Of a stretch of 58,038 bases of DNA, positions 30,200 through 40,109 are shown one piece after another. A program made the translations under genes and the position numbers. This stretch comes from a virus (taxonomy: Duplodnaviria > Caudoviricetes). The stretch is taken from the IMG/VR virus record IMGVR_UViG_3300023208_000007, positions 1-58,038 of that record; one strand, given 5' to 3'. Under the pieces are notes generated by a model that did no database searches, had not been told where the DNA came from, and saw only the letters and a list, made by a program, of their open reading frames with translations. The number at the start of each line of letters is the position of its first letter. Position 1 is the stretch's first letter.

Positions 30200-31013
30200 T
30201 CCTAAAAGAGAACGTTTTTTCGCGCACCGCTTTGTTGATCTTGAAACTGCTCCATTTGATATCAAAGAATACTCGCATTTGAAATTTGGATGCGTACATG
30301 CGGCTGAAAAAATGGGACGAGAGCTTGCCATTGGGTTTTTCAATGAACATTCGGCAGCTTTGATTGCAAATCGCTGTTTGGTAATACCGTCACCCTATAA
30401 CTACGTAGCCAACGCGGCTACGTTAATGACTAAATATTTTGTCGCGAAGCTTAATGAGCTGCTAGTGAATGCGCAAGGAGCTCATGTTGATTACTCAATC
30501 ATTCATCGAAAGGTAAGTTATGTCAATGATTATGGCTTTTTGCAGAAAGAACAACGACGAGCTTTAATTGATAATGATGATTTTTTCTTCAATGACGCTT
30601 TTGTAAAAGATAAGCTTTTGATTTTTGTTGATGATGTTTGTATTACAGGCACACATGAGGACAAACTTATTGAAATCCTTGAGCGTCATAATTTACCGAA
30701 TGACGCGTTCTTTCTATATTTCGCAAAATACAGCGGAGCAAAAGCGGAAATTGAAGCGGAAATCAATTTTGCTGGAATGTGCGGGCTTGTTGATTTAGTT
30801 AGAATTATCAACATTCCACAAAATCAAGTAATTGTGCGAACAATCAAATATGTGTTAGCGCTGTCTGAAAACGATCTTGAAACTTTCTTAGATAATTGCT
30901 CTACCGCTAAAATAAGAGAACTTTTAGCAGGCGCGTACGGTGAAGGTTATTATACAATTCCTAAATATCAGCGAAATTTTGCCAGGATAAATGAAGAAAT
31001 AACAGCACTTTAA
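30189..31013 (+). CDS. Phosphoribosyltransferase-like protein (Ter-associated)
   Basis: YSHLKFG; IFVDDVCITGTHE PRPP-binding loop. Confidence 0.75.
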   Translation: MMHNPKRERFFAHRFVDLETAPFDIKEYSHLKFGCVHAAEKMGRELAIGFFNEHSAALIANRCLVIPSPYNYVANAATLMTKYFVAKLNELLVNAQGAHVDYSIIHRKVSYVNDYGFLQKEQRRALIDNDDFFFNDAFVKDKLLIFVDDVCITGTHEDKLIEILERHNLPNDAFFLYFAKYSGAKAEIEAEINFAGMCGLVDLVRIINIPQNQVIVRTIKYVLALSENDLETFLDNCSTAKIRELLAGAYGEGYYTIPKYQRNFARINEEITAL

Positions 31014-31091
31014 TTGTACATTTAAACTTTGTTGATTATAATGTACAAGTTAATTTTAATTAATAATTTCAACAATTTGAGGATTTAAAAG

Positions 31092-31799
31092 ATGAGTATT
31101 GATTTAGAAAAACAGGTAAAAAAAGCAAGTATCGTTCTTGAAAAACGTGGAATTGCAAAAATCCCGTGTCAAGTGAAACTAGCCATCGACAAGTCAGGCT
31201 CCATGGACTCGCTGTACCGAGCTAATGTTGTTCAAAAAGTTGTTGAGCGTGTTCTCGCAATTTCCATGAACGTTGATATGGACGGTACTGTCGATATTTG
31301 GGCTTTCCATAACGATTCATTACCGGCTAAAGCAGTTACTGCTGATAAGATTGATGGATACGTCAATCGCGAAATTATGAACAAGTTCAATTGGGGCGGT
31401 ACCTCATACGCACCGGTTATGGAAGACATTTTGCAGGAATCTTGCGGCAGTAATATGCAAAAAGCCAAGAGTTTCCTCGGTGGTCTTTTTGGTAAACCTT
31501 CAACTACAGCGGTCAATGTTGCTGGAGCCGATCCAATTTTGGCAATTTTGATCACTGACGGTGAAAATGATGACAAAAGCTCTACTGAAGATGTCATCAA
31601 AAATTCTCAAGGTCAGAACATTTACTGGCAGCTGATTGGTATCGGCGGTAGTCGCTTCCCGTTTCTTGACAGCATGGGTGAAAAATATCCAAACTGCGGT
31701 TTTGTCGGTATCGGCAACATTGACCGTATAGATGATGAAGATTTATATTCTGCTATAATAAACGAAGAGTTCGCAAGCTGGATTAAAAAGTTTGCATAG
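31092..31799 (+). CDS. vWA domain protein (TerF C-terminal-like)
   Basis: DKSGSM MIDAS, GGTSYAP, ITDGEN, YWQLIGIG. Confidence 0.88.
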   Translation: MSIDLEKQVKKASIVLEKRGIAKIPCQVKLAIDKSGSMDSLYRANVVQKVVERVLAISMNVDMDGTVDIWAFHNDSLPAKAVTADKIDGYVNREIMNKFNWGGTSYAPVMEDILQESCGSNMQKAKSFLGGLFGKPSTTAVNVAGADPILAILITDGENDDKSSTEDVIKNSQGQNIYWQLIGIGGSRFPFLDSMGEKYPNCGFVGIGNIDRIDDEDLYSAIINEEFASWIKKFA

Positions 31800-32613
31800 T
31801 TTTATTTCTATGATACATTGTAGAAATTGTTGAATAAGCAACTTTTAATGCAAAATGTTCCTCAAAATATTTTTGAATTTCTTTATGAGGAACATTTTGC
31901 TCTTTTAATGTTATTAAAATTGAAATTTTTTCTGAATTAAATTTTCTTAAAGAACATTTTTCAAAATGAAAACGTTTCATATTGTTACTTGAACCAATCT
32001 TCTTACAATAAGGACATTGTGAACTAGTTTTAGGACCTTTCATGTTTTCAGTTGAATTTTTTGGTTTTCTCATTTTTTGTTTTATTTCTTCTGTTCGATG
32101 CCAAGATTTTAATTTTATTTTGGTTTCATCTGAATGATGTTTGCCGTAAAATGGATTTTCTTTACCATGTCTTGATATTCCGTACATTGGGTTGTTTTTA
32201 CCTGACACGTCTGCATGATTTTTTGATAAATTTGCGCAGTGTTTCTTAGATTTTGATTTACCCTTTTGTGAGTTTGAAATCGCCTTTTTATGTTTTTCTG
32301 TTAATTTTTTGTTGATAAAAACAAATTTTTTATTGACAAATTTATTTAAACATAAAGGATCTTTAATATGCTCTTGAATTATATTTTGTTCAAAAATAAA
32401 CGCGTCTTTCGCATCAAAAAATTCAGCTAAGATGATCCAATCATATTCATCAAAATTTGGTTTAACTGTCTTAGATGATGTTTTGTATTTAGGTAAATCT
32501 AAATGTGAAGGTTGTTTATTTGAGCCACGATATCCAATGTAAAAATGAGTTGAAATTTTGTGTGTGCACAAATAAACATAAGGTAAAACTTTTTCAGAGG
32601 TGAATAAATTCAT
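31783..32613 (-). mobile_element. Free-standing homing endonuclease (GIY-YIG-like with NUMOD3)
   Basis: PYVY..FYIGYR..YKTSS; NPMYG, NPFYGKHHSDETK; convergent insertion with a duplicated vWA gene end at 32639-32698. Confidence 0.85.
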
Positions 32614-32638
32614 GATTATATTTAAAATAAAATTTTAT

Positions 32639-32698
32639 TTATATGAGGGGATCATCAATGAAGAATTTGCTACTTGGGTAAGTAAGTTCAAAAAATAA
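32639..32698 (+). pseudogene. Displaced original 3' end of the vWA gene 31092
   Basis: Encodes LYEGIINEEFATWVSKFKK* versus the current LYSAIINEEFASWIKKFA*. Confidence 0.8.
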
Positions 32699-32961
32699 CA
32701 TTGTACAAATATGAGAGGCCAATTTACAATATCACTTCTTAACTAATGCTGATTAGAGATACTTAGATGAAAAATTGGAACTGGCCTCTCATTGCAATTC
32801 TTGCTCTCACTGTTTTCTTTTGGATTGGGTTTATCAACTTTTGGGGGTTAACTGCGGCAATAATAACTGCGTTAGTTGGTGGTTGTATCACAATTCTTAT
32901 TTTTAAATACTCTGTTGATTACTAAGCATTTTGCTAAAATGCAAATAACGTTGGAGAAATT

Positions 32962-34008
32962 ATGTTGATAAAATATTTTAAATCAAGTTTCATTTTTACT
33001 GCGCTAGCCATCTGCCTTGGTTTTTTCATTGCAGGTTGGAAAGGAGCTCTTATCTGTCTCATCTTGGGTATTCTTGAAGTTTCACTTTCGTTTGACAACG
33101 CAGTCGTCAACGCGAAGGTTCTTGATACCATGACAGCTGAGTGGCGTCATCGCTTCATTACTTGGGGTATCGCGATAGCAGTATTTGGTATGCGATTGAT
33201 ATTTCCTCTTTTGATTGTTGGTGTAACCGCGAGTTTGTCACCTGTTGAAGTAATTCAGCTTGCTGTTGCAAAGCCTCAGGAATATCAACATCACCTTGAA
33301 GGAGCTCATGTTGAAATTATGGGTTTTGGCGGAACGTTCCTCTTCATGGTTTTTTGGAAGTATTTTGTTGATGAAACCAAGGATGTTCACTGGCTTGCTT
33401 TCATTGAACGACCACTTACAAAGCTTGGTAAAATTGAGGCGGTCCAAGTTGCCTTGACCTTGCTAGCTGTTTACATTACTACTAAGTTCTTGCCAGTTGA
33501 AAGCGTTATCTCATTCTGGGTAGCTTCAGTATTTGGCTTGATTACATACATCGCAGCAGATGGTGTCGGTGCAATTCTTGGCGGTGAAGAAGATGAGGAT
33601 AACGTGGTAGGCAAAACTATTCAGCGTGCCGGTCTTGCATCTTTCTTGTATCTTGAACTTCTGGACGCAAGTTTCTCATTTGACGGTGTGGTCGGCGCAT
33701 TTGCGCTAAGTGATAATATCTTTATCATTGCGATTGGACTTGGTATTGGCGCAATGTTTGTACGATCATTAACGTTGATGTTGGTTGATCTTGGTACGCT
33801 CTCTGAGTATCGCTATCTTGAACACGGGGCCTTCTGGGCTATCGGAACACTAGCAGTAATTATGTATTATAATACTGTGTCTGAAATACCTGAGGTAGTC
33901 ACTGGGTTGATTGGCGCGGCTCTTATTATACTTGCCTTGATATCATCAATCATTGTCAACAAATTTGAAACTAAAGATGAAGAGGAAGAAGAATTTCACA
34001 CAATTTAA
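32962..34008 (+). CDS. TerC-like integral membrane protein (DUF475)
   Basis: LEVSLSFDNAVVNA, GMRL.FP, YLELLDASFSFDGVVGAFA, YLEHGA. Confidence 0.9.
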   Translation: MLIKYFKSSFIFTALAICLGFFIAGWKGALICLILGILEVSLSFDNAVVNAKVLDTMTAEWRHRFITWGIAIAVFGMRLIFPLLIVGVTASLSPVEVIQLAVAKPQEYQHHLEGAHVEIMGFGGTFLFMVFWKYFVDETKDVHWLAFIERPLTKLGKIEAVQVALTLLAVYITTKFLPVESVISFWVASVFGLITYIAADGVGAILGGEEDEDNVVGKTIQRAGLASFLYLELLDASFSFDGVVGAFALSDNIFIIAIGLGIGAMFVRSLTLMLVDLGTLSEYRYLEHGAFWAIGTLAVIMYYNTVSEIPEVVTGLIGAALIILALISSIIVNKFETKDEEEEEFHTI

Positions 34009-34093
34009 CTAACTGATTTCAAAGACAAAAATATTTACAACGTAATGTATTTAGATTAGAATTTTCTTTCAACAACCAAATAGGTGATTTAAC

Positions 34094-34663
34094 ATGGCAA
34101 TTAATCTCGAAAAAATGACGACTGGTTCTTCTATCAACTTGACCAAGAAGGACGATTCCTTGACTAAGGTTCGCGCAACCTTGTATTGGAAAGCTCCCAA
34201 CCACTTCCCTGCATTCGACCTCGACGTTTCTGCTTTTATCTGTCGCAACACTCCTAATGGCCCGAAGTTGATCGCTGAAGAATGGTTCGTCTTCTACAAC
34301 AACGAAAAGTCGCCTGCAAACGCAGTTGTTAAATCTCCTGATGAGCGCGAAGGCGGCACCGAAACGTTGGAAATCGACATCGCTGCACTGCCAGCTGAAG
34401 CCGAAGAAATTTCTATCATCGTTACCATTCACAAGGCCGATGAACGTGCCCAGAGCTTTGGTCAGATTGAAGAAGCCGGCATTGAAATTTCGAATGCTGT
34501 AACTGGTGACAAGATCTGCTTCTACGATCTCGATGCTGAGTTCAAGGCAGAAACTGCTGTTCAGGTCGGTTCTTTCTTCAAGGACGCAACTGGCTTTAGC
34601 TTCCAGGCAGTTGGTGCCGGTTATAGCTTGGGTCTTGGTGATTTTGTAGCTGGTTATCAGTAA
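34094..34663 (+). CDS. terD: TerD family protein
   Basis: INL.K, FDLDVSAF, VFYNN..S, IVTIH.A..R.QSFGQ. Confidence 0.9.
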   Translation: MAINLEKMTTGSSINLTKKDDSLTKVRATLYWKAPNHFPAFDLDVSAFICRNTPNGPKLIAEEWFVFYNNEKSPANAVVKSPDEREGGTETLEIDIAALPAEAEEISIIVTIHKADERAQSFGQIEEAGIEISNAVTGDKICFYDLDAEFKAETAVQVGSFFKDATGFSFQAVGAGYSLGLGDFVAGYQ

Positions 34664-34792
34664 AAATAATCATCATGAGTTGATCTTGCAATAAATAGAA
34701 GAGTAGAGTTTATTTTAAACTCTACTCTTTATTTTAAAAGCATATTCTATAGTGATAATAAATATTATTTAAATTTATTAACAATATGGAGT

Positions 34793-35263
34793 ATGATAAT
34801 GACAGATCACAAATGCCCATACGATAACGAAGAACATGAATGGGATGGTGTTGAACGAAGAATAGCTCAATGGGACGGACTTGAACGACGTCTTGAAAGC
34901 TTGTTACAGACTCGTTATCGAAATCTAATAGGTTCTTCGACAGCTCAGCCTTCTATAGCCCCTATACAAAATGGTAGATTATCATTAGAACTTAAGGATA
35001 TTTTTACTATTCTTCTTGTTTTAGGTGGTTTGGTTGGTACTTGGGTTACGTTAAATAATGATTTAACAACTGAAAAGTTAAAAGTTCAACAGGTAGAAAA
35101 AGAAATAGCCGAAGTTAAACAAGATTACACCTCTGTTGAGAAGCTTTTACAAGATCAAGATAAAAGAAATCAAGAATCCATACAAGATTTAAAAAATCAA
35201 ATAAGAGATTTAGAGGTTAGCGTAAACAATGTTTATCAAAAGGTTTCTTCTTGGAAAAAGTAA
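34793..35263 (+). CDS. Membrane-anchored coiled-coil protein
   Basis: WDGVERR/WDGLERR repeat, one TM segment, C-terminal coiled coil. Confidence 0.7.
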   Translation: MIMTDHKCPYDNEEHEWDGVERRIAQWDGLERRLESLLQTRYRNLIGSSTAQPSIAPIQNGRLSLELKDIFTILLVLGGLVGTWVTLNNDLTTEKLKVQQVEKEIAEVKQDYTSVEKLLQDQDKRNQESIQDLKNQIRDLEVSVNNVYQKVSSWKK

Positions 35264-35681
35264 GGCGCTTCTTAGTTTACTTTGTTTAACAATTTCGTTT
35301 GTCTCAAGCGCTGATCCTAAGGTAGTATTGAAACCTGAGTATTACTCAGGTTTGCTTGATCGTCAAACAATCACAGATATTTTTACGCGCAAAAAAACTC
35401 ATTGGCGTGATGGTACAGCTATTCGCGTATACATCAAACCTATAGATTCAATTGAAAATCGTGAATTTGTCATGGATGTTTTATTCATGACACTTTATAG
35501 ATTTAAAACATCATTAGAAGAGCAAACTTATTCTGGTCGCGCTACAGGGTTGATTGAAGTATTCGATGATAATACCATGATTGCTAAAATAATACAAACT
35601 CCTTCAGCAATCGGTTATGTAAATAATAAGGTGATAGTAAATGGCAAAGAAATTAAGATTATTGATTCTTCTAGTCTGTAG
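35229..35681 (+). CDS. Periplasmic binding protein-like (phosphate-binding type) protein
   Basis: Signal peptide; IF..K..W.DG..I.V, IIQTPSAIGYV. Confidence 0.7.
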   Translation: MFIKRFLLGKSKALLSLLCLTISFVSSADPKVVLKPEYYSGLLDRQTITDIFTRKKTHWRDGTAIRVYIKPIDSIENREFVMDVLFMTLYRFKTSLEEQTYSGRATGLIEVFDDNTMIAKIIQTPSAIGYVNNKVIVNGKEIKIIDSSSL

Positions 35682-36804
35682 TTTTTGTTCAACAATAAAT
35701 GCAAGAACTTTTGAATTAGGAGGAGACTCAACGCTTGATGTTTCTGGCTATGTTGGGTGGACTCAAGTCTGGCAAAGTCCAGGCACACACGCTTATAATT
35801 GGCAACCGCATGAAAAAGGTGACATCCTTTCAGGTCCAGAAATTGGAATTTTAACTAATTATAAATTTAATGATCGCTTAACAATCTTCAATCAAATAAA
35901 AATGGGAACATCACTTAACGATGTTCTTGTTTATAGTTTCGCAGATATTAATTTATTTTCATCTACTGATTGGGATGTTTCTATTGCTGGCGGTCGCTTA
36001 CGATATGATCTTGGTTTGTATTCTCAAACACGTGTAAATCCACGGACTCGTCCAGGGATAGTTCCACCACAAGCAATCTATTGGAATTCATTACGCGAGT
36101 TATTAACGTCTGGAACAGGTGTTTCAGGAAAAATTCGTTTTAAAGATGTTTCAGTTGAATACTCAGTAACTGATCCAAGCATTATTAACGATAAACGTGA
36201 AGCTGAAAATTGGAGTGGTGGCATAATTGATAAATTCAACACGCACTTTGGTTCAACTAGAATATTAACGGTAAATTATGATCCTGGAAATGGATTTAGA
36301 GCAAAATACAATTGGATGACGTTTAATACAGGTGGAAAACCATCTAATCTTGGGAATTTACTATATGGTCCTTCTTTTAAAGAAATTGATGAGCTAATGA
36401 TAGCAGGAATTGAATATCGAAAGGACAAGTGGAAATTTTCTGGAGAAGCAGTTTGGTTTAAAGCTTTTGATCAAAATTGGACTGGAGGTGGTCACCCAAT
36501 TTCTGGAGATAATTCTCGTGGATTTTCATTAACAGCTGAATATGATTTAAATGATCACGTAACTACTCGCGTAAATTACAATGAATATTCTGCTGGATAT
36601 GTTCCGCCAGCAACTCCTTGGTTACATTATGCTAAGGATTTCAATGTAGGCATTATTTATCATAGACCTAATTGGCAAGTTAGTCTTGAAGGTCATCATA
36701 TTAATGGCGGCCGCTGGGTTTCACCTGATGAAAAATTTTCAAACCCTGAAGATTATAAAAGCTGGTATATGATTGGCGCACAAGCAGTTTACTTTTTTGA
36801 CTAA
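35641..36804 (+). CDS. Outer-membrane beta-barrel (porin-like) protein
   Basis: Signal peptide; alternating beta strands; GLYSQTR..TRPGI..PQAIY; C-terminal VYFF. Confidence 0.75.
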   Translation: MAKKLRLLILLVCSFCSTINARTFELGGDSTLDVSGYVGWTQVWQSPGTHAYNWQPHEKGDILSGPEIGILTNYKFNDRLTIFNQIKMGTSLNDVLVYSFADINLFSSTDWDVSIAGGRLRYDLGLYSQTRVNPRTRPGIVPPQAIYWNSLRELLTSGTGVSGKIRFKDVSVEYSVTDPSIINDKREAENWSGGIIDKFNTHFGSTRILTVNYDPGNGFRAKYNWMTFNTGGKPSNLGNLLYGPSFKEIDELMIAGIEYRKDKWKFSGEAVWFKAFDQNWTGGGHPISGDNSRGFSLTAEYDLNDHVTTRVNYNEYSAGYVPPATPWLHYAKDFNVGIIYHRPNWQVSLEGHHINGGRWVSPDEKFSNPEDYKSWYMIGAQAVYFFD

Positions 36805-36843
36805 ATAGCTTATAATTAACAAATAAGATATTTGGAGCAAAAA

Positions 36844-36996
36844 ATGAAAACTAAGATGAAGCCAGCTAATGGCAACGCTAAAAAAATAAACGATATTCTT
36901 CTCTCTAAACGTGGTGGAGCTCATGAGGCTGAGTTTTTTAGCCGTGCAAAAGAGAAGCAAAAACTACGTAGGGAACAATTTAGTTTACAATATTGA
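36844..36996 (+). CDS. Small basic protein (50 aa)
   Basis: GGAG SD; KRGGAH..RAKEKQKL. Confidence 0.55.
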   Translation: MKTKMKPANGNAKKINDILLSKRGGAHEAEFFSRAKEKQKLRREQFSLQY

Positions 36997-37037
36997 TTTT
37001 TTGTAATACAATTAACCCACGATAAATAAAAGGTGAG

Positions 37038-37214
37038 ATGATGGCAACTTATACAGCTTCAATTGGTATGGAAGAATATGACTTCACGGATCGTGAAGAC
37101 CTTCTAAAAGCAAAAGAAGCATTTGAAACGTTTGAAGGTGATCAACAAGAGTTTGAAACGTGGATGGAGAATGAGAACATTGACTTTTCATTGTCCATTT
37201 GGACAAATTACTAA
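37038..37214 (+). CDS. Small acidic hypothetical protein
   Basis: AGGT SD; open 58-aa frame. Confidence 0.55.
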   Translation: MMATYTASIGMEEYDFTDREDLLKAKEAFETFEGDQQEFETWMENENIDFSLSIWTNY

Positions 37215-37258
37215 ATCGAGTGACGATTTAGTTTAACATAATTTTGGAGGATTTCCAA

Positions 37259-38335
37259 ATGTCAACTGGTACTACTTATGAGTACGATTACATTATTTAC
37301 ATTGGTCGTATGGAACCGCCAACTAAGGCACACTGTGGTAATGTTATCCGCGCCTTAGAGCTTGCAAAAAAAGTTATCGTTCTTTTTGGTTCATCTTATC
37401 AACCTCGCACGTTTAAGAATCCGTGGAAATCAATTGAGCGCGCAACTATGTTGTTTAATCAACTGCCGCCTGAAGTTCACCCGCGCGTTCTAACTGGTTC
37501 GCTCCGTGATTATCGCTACAATGACGAAAAGTGGATTCTACAAGTACAAAGTATTGTGCGTCGTCTTTCAATGGAAGTAGAAAATCCAAAAATTGGAATT
37601 ATTGGTTGCAAGAAGGATCACACTAGCTACTACTTGGAATTGTTTCCTCAGTGGCAGTATATTGATGTTCCTGAAATTGCAGATCTTAGCGCAACTGACA
37701 TTCGTCAACGTTACTTTGAAGGAACACTTTTTTCCTGGTCTGACAAAGAATTTATAAGTGACGGGTTGAAAGAGTATCTTCGCAAGTGGTCTTTTACTGA
37801 TGAGTACAGAGCGCTTAAAGAAGAATATGAACAAAATCTTGAATACAAGCAACAATGGGCGAGTGCGCCATACCCGGTAACGTTTGTTACAACTGACGCG
37901 GTTGTTATTCAAGGCGGCCACATTCTTCTTGTACAGCGGCGTTTTTCTCCTGGTAAAGGTCTTTGGGCTCTTCCTGGTGGTTTCATCAATCAATATGAAT
38001 TCATCTTTAAAAGCTGTTTGCGAGAGCTTCGTGAAGAGACTGGACTGAAGATACCTGAACCAATTCTTCAAGGTTCAGTTATCGGTGAACGCGTTTTTGA
38101 CAATCCTGGTCGCTCACTTCGCGGTCGCACTATCACGCACGCTTTTGCGTTCAAGCTTCAACAACCTGAACTTTCTAAAGTGAAAGGTGGTGACGATGCT
38201 GCAAAAGCTAAATGGTTTCCAATTGACGAGGTACTTGAAAACATGGAAGAGTACCTGTTCGAGGATCATAGAGATATCCTAGAATGGGCCATTGATCAAA
38301 TGCGGCGCCAAACTAATTATGGTTCTAGTATTTAA
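37259..38335 (+). CDS. nadM: Bifunctional NMN adenylyltransferase / Nudix ADP-ribose pyrophosphatase
   Basis: YIGRMEP..AH, KNPW..ER, LSATDIR; Nudix box GG..E..LRELREETG. Confidence 0.92.
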   Translation: MSTGTTYEYDYIIYIGRMEPPTKAHCGNVIRALELAKKVIVLFGSSYQPRTFKNPWKSIERATMLFNQLPPEVHPRVLTGSLRDYRYNDEKWILQVQSIVRRLSMEVENPKIGIIGCKKDHTSYYLELFPQWQYIDVPEIADLSATDIRQRYFEGTLFSWSDKEFISDGLKEYLRKWSFTDEYRALKEEYEQNLEYKQQWASAPYPVTFVTTDAVVIQGGHILLVQRRFSPGKGLWALPGGFINQYEFIFKSCLRELREETGLKIPEPILQGSVIGERVFDNPGRSLRGRTITHAFAFKLQQPELSKVKGGDDAAKAKWFPIDEVLENMEEYLFEDHRDILEWAIDQMRRQTNYGSSI

Positions 38336-38378
38336 GACTGAACGACAGTCTTAATTTTAACATTCGGAGGATTTCCAA

Positions 38379-39857
38379 ATGAAAAACAGTAACATCACAA
38401 AATCTGACTCGTACAAGTTTTCACACTATTTGCAACTTCCTCCTGGTATGGAGCAGGCGACAGCATATATTGAAACACGAGGTGGTTTATATTCTGATTA
38501 CAACGTAATTCACGGTTACCAGCGCTGGTTGCTACAACATCTAAGTAAAAAATTCAATCAGAATGATATTGATGTTGCTGAAAAGATTGCTTTCTTGAAT
38601 GGTGAACCGTTTAATCGTGAAGGCTGGGAAACTATTCTTGATGTTTACGGTGGTAGAATTCCAGCGTTAATTCGCGCGGTGCCTGAAGGAACTGTAATGC
38701 CGTCAGGTTTGCCAATTATGACGATTTACAGTGTTGACGACATGTGGTGGATACCTCAGTACATCGAGACTCAATCTGTACGAGCTAATTGGTACCCTAT
38801 TACAGTTGCCTCGCTAGTCTTTGACATTAAACGAGTGATCCAGGAATATGCTATTGCTACTACTGGTTCAAAAGATCCACTTATTGATCTTCGGTTGCAG
38901 AATTTTGGCTCACGTGGAGTGTCATCAGCTGAAAGTTGCGAAATTGGTGCGACAGCAGCAGCAACTTCATTTTCTGGTAGCGATTCAGTAGAAGCAATTT
39001 TGCCAATTTTGGAATACTACAATCCGTCCAAGCTTACGTTAGATGACTTTCTTGCAGATCGTGTTGATCATGGTTTCTACATTTTGAGCATTCCTGCTGC
39101 CGAGCATTTTACAATTACGACTTGGGGGCGTGACAATGAAGCGTTGGCTTATGAAAATATGCTTACCCAGTTTCTACGACCTGGTTCAATTGTTGCCGTA
39201 GTATCAGATTCATATGATATTTACAGCGCTGTTCGTAATATTTGGGGTGAACAGTTACGTGAGCGCATTATTAACTCAGGTGGTACCGTAGTTATTCGTC
39301 CAGACAGCGGTATTCCGCATGAAGTTGTTTGTGACGTTCTTGACATTCTAGGTGAAAAATTTGGTTATGTAACCAATCACTTAGGATTTAAAGTTCTGCC
39401 TAGCTACGTTCGAGTAATTCAGGGAGATGGAATTAATCGCGGCTCCATTGAAGAAATTCTTTGGCACATGAAGCGCCGCGGCTGGGCATCAGTTAACTTA
39501 TTCTTTGGTATGGGTGGAGCGCTCATGCAAGCTCCACAACGTGATGACATGAAATTCGCGCAGAAAGTTTGTCACGCGCGAGTTGCCGGTGAATGGCGTG
39601 ACGTTTACAAGGAGCCAAAAACTGACTCAGGTAAAACATCAAAGAAAGGGCCCGTTGAAACGTTTTACAATAGTCTAACGAAGCAATACGTTGCGAGAAG
39701 GACAGATCAGGTTACAGACGCTGAAACGGAATTTTTAAAACCAGTGATGAAAACAGTGTATCACAATGGTGTGATACCACAAGCTCTAGATGATTTTTCA
39801 ACCATCAAAACTAGAATTAAGAATAGCTTTGATGAAATTTTTCAAATATATGACTGA
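38379..39857 (+). CDS. nadV: Nicotinamide phosphoribosyltransferase
   Basis: SDSYKFSH, FGSRG, SIPAAEH, VSDSYD, IRPDSG, IQGDG, GMGG. Confidence 0.93.
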   Translation: MKNSNITKSDSYKFSHYLQLPPGMEQATAYIETRGGLYSDYNVIHGYQRWLLQHLSKKFNQNDIDVAEKIAFLNGEPFNREGWETILDVYGGRIPALIRAVPEGTVMPSGLPIMTIYSVDDMWWIPQYIETQSVRANWYPITVASLVFDIKRVIQEYAIATTGSKDPLIDLRLQNFGSRGVSSAESCEIGATAAATSFSGSDSVEAILPILEYYNPSKLTLDDFLADRVDHGFYILSIPAAEHFTITTWGRDNEALAYENMLTQFLRPGSIVAVVSDSYDIYSAVRNIWGEQLRERIINSGGTVVIRPDSGIPHEVVCDVLDILGEKFGYVTNHLGFKVLPSYVRVIQGDGINRGSIEEILWHMKRRGWASVNLFFGMGGALMQAPQRDDMKFAQKVCHARVAGEWRDVYKEPKTDSGKTSKKGPVETFYNSLTKQYVARRTDQVTDAETEFLKPVMKTVYHNGVIPQALDDFSTIKTRIKNSFDEIFQIYD

Positions 39858-39866
39858 GGAAAATAA

Positions 39867-40109
39867 ATGTCAGAAAGCATAAAAGAAAAAGTAAAAGGAC
39901 CTAAAACTTTTCCGCGCAGGCGCGTTAAGGTGAACATCCCTGGTGCAATAAAGATAATGTCAATGATGGCTGATATCCACCTTCGCAACGGCAAAACTGA
40001 TCGCAGTTGGTTAAGGTCAATTGGATGCGCAATTCATGACGCTGAAATGAATAAGCGCAAAGCGATGCATGAAATAAATCGTCAAAACGCTGGAGATGAC
40101 AGTGAGTAA
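39867..40109 (+). CDS. Hypothetical basic protein
   Basis: GAGG SD. Confidence 0.6.
   Translation: MSESIKEKVKGPKTFPRRRVKVNIPGAIKIMSMMADIHLRNGKTDRSWLRSIGCAIHDAEMNKRKAMHEINRQNAGDDSE

Noticed and set aside
31783-32698. Group I intron around the endonuclease
   Set aside because: No room for a ribozyme core; the ORF is antisense and the host gene has its own complete replacement end.
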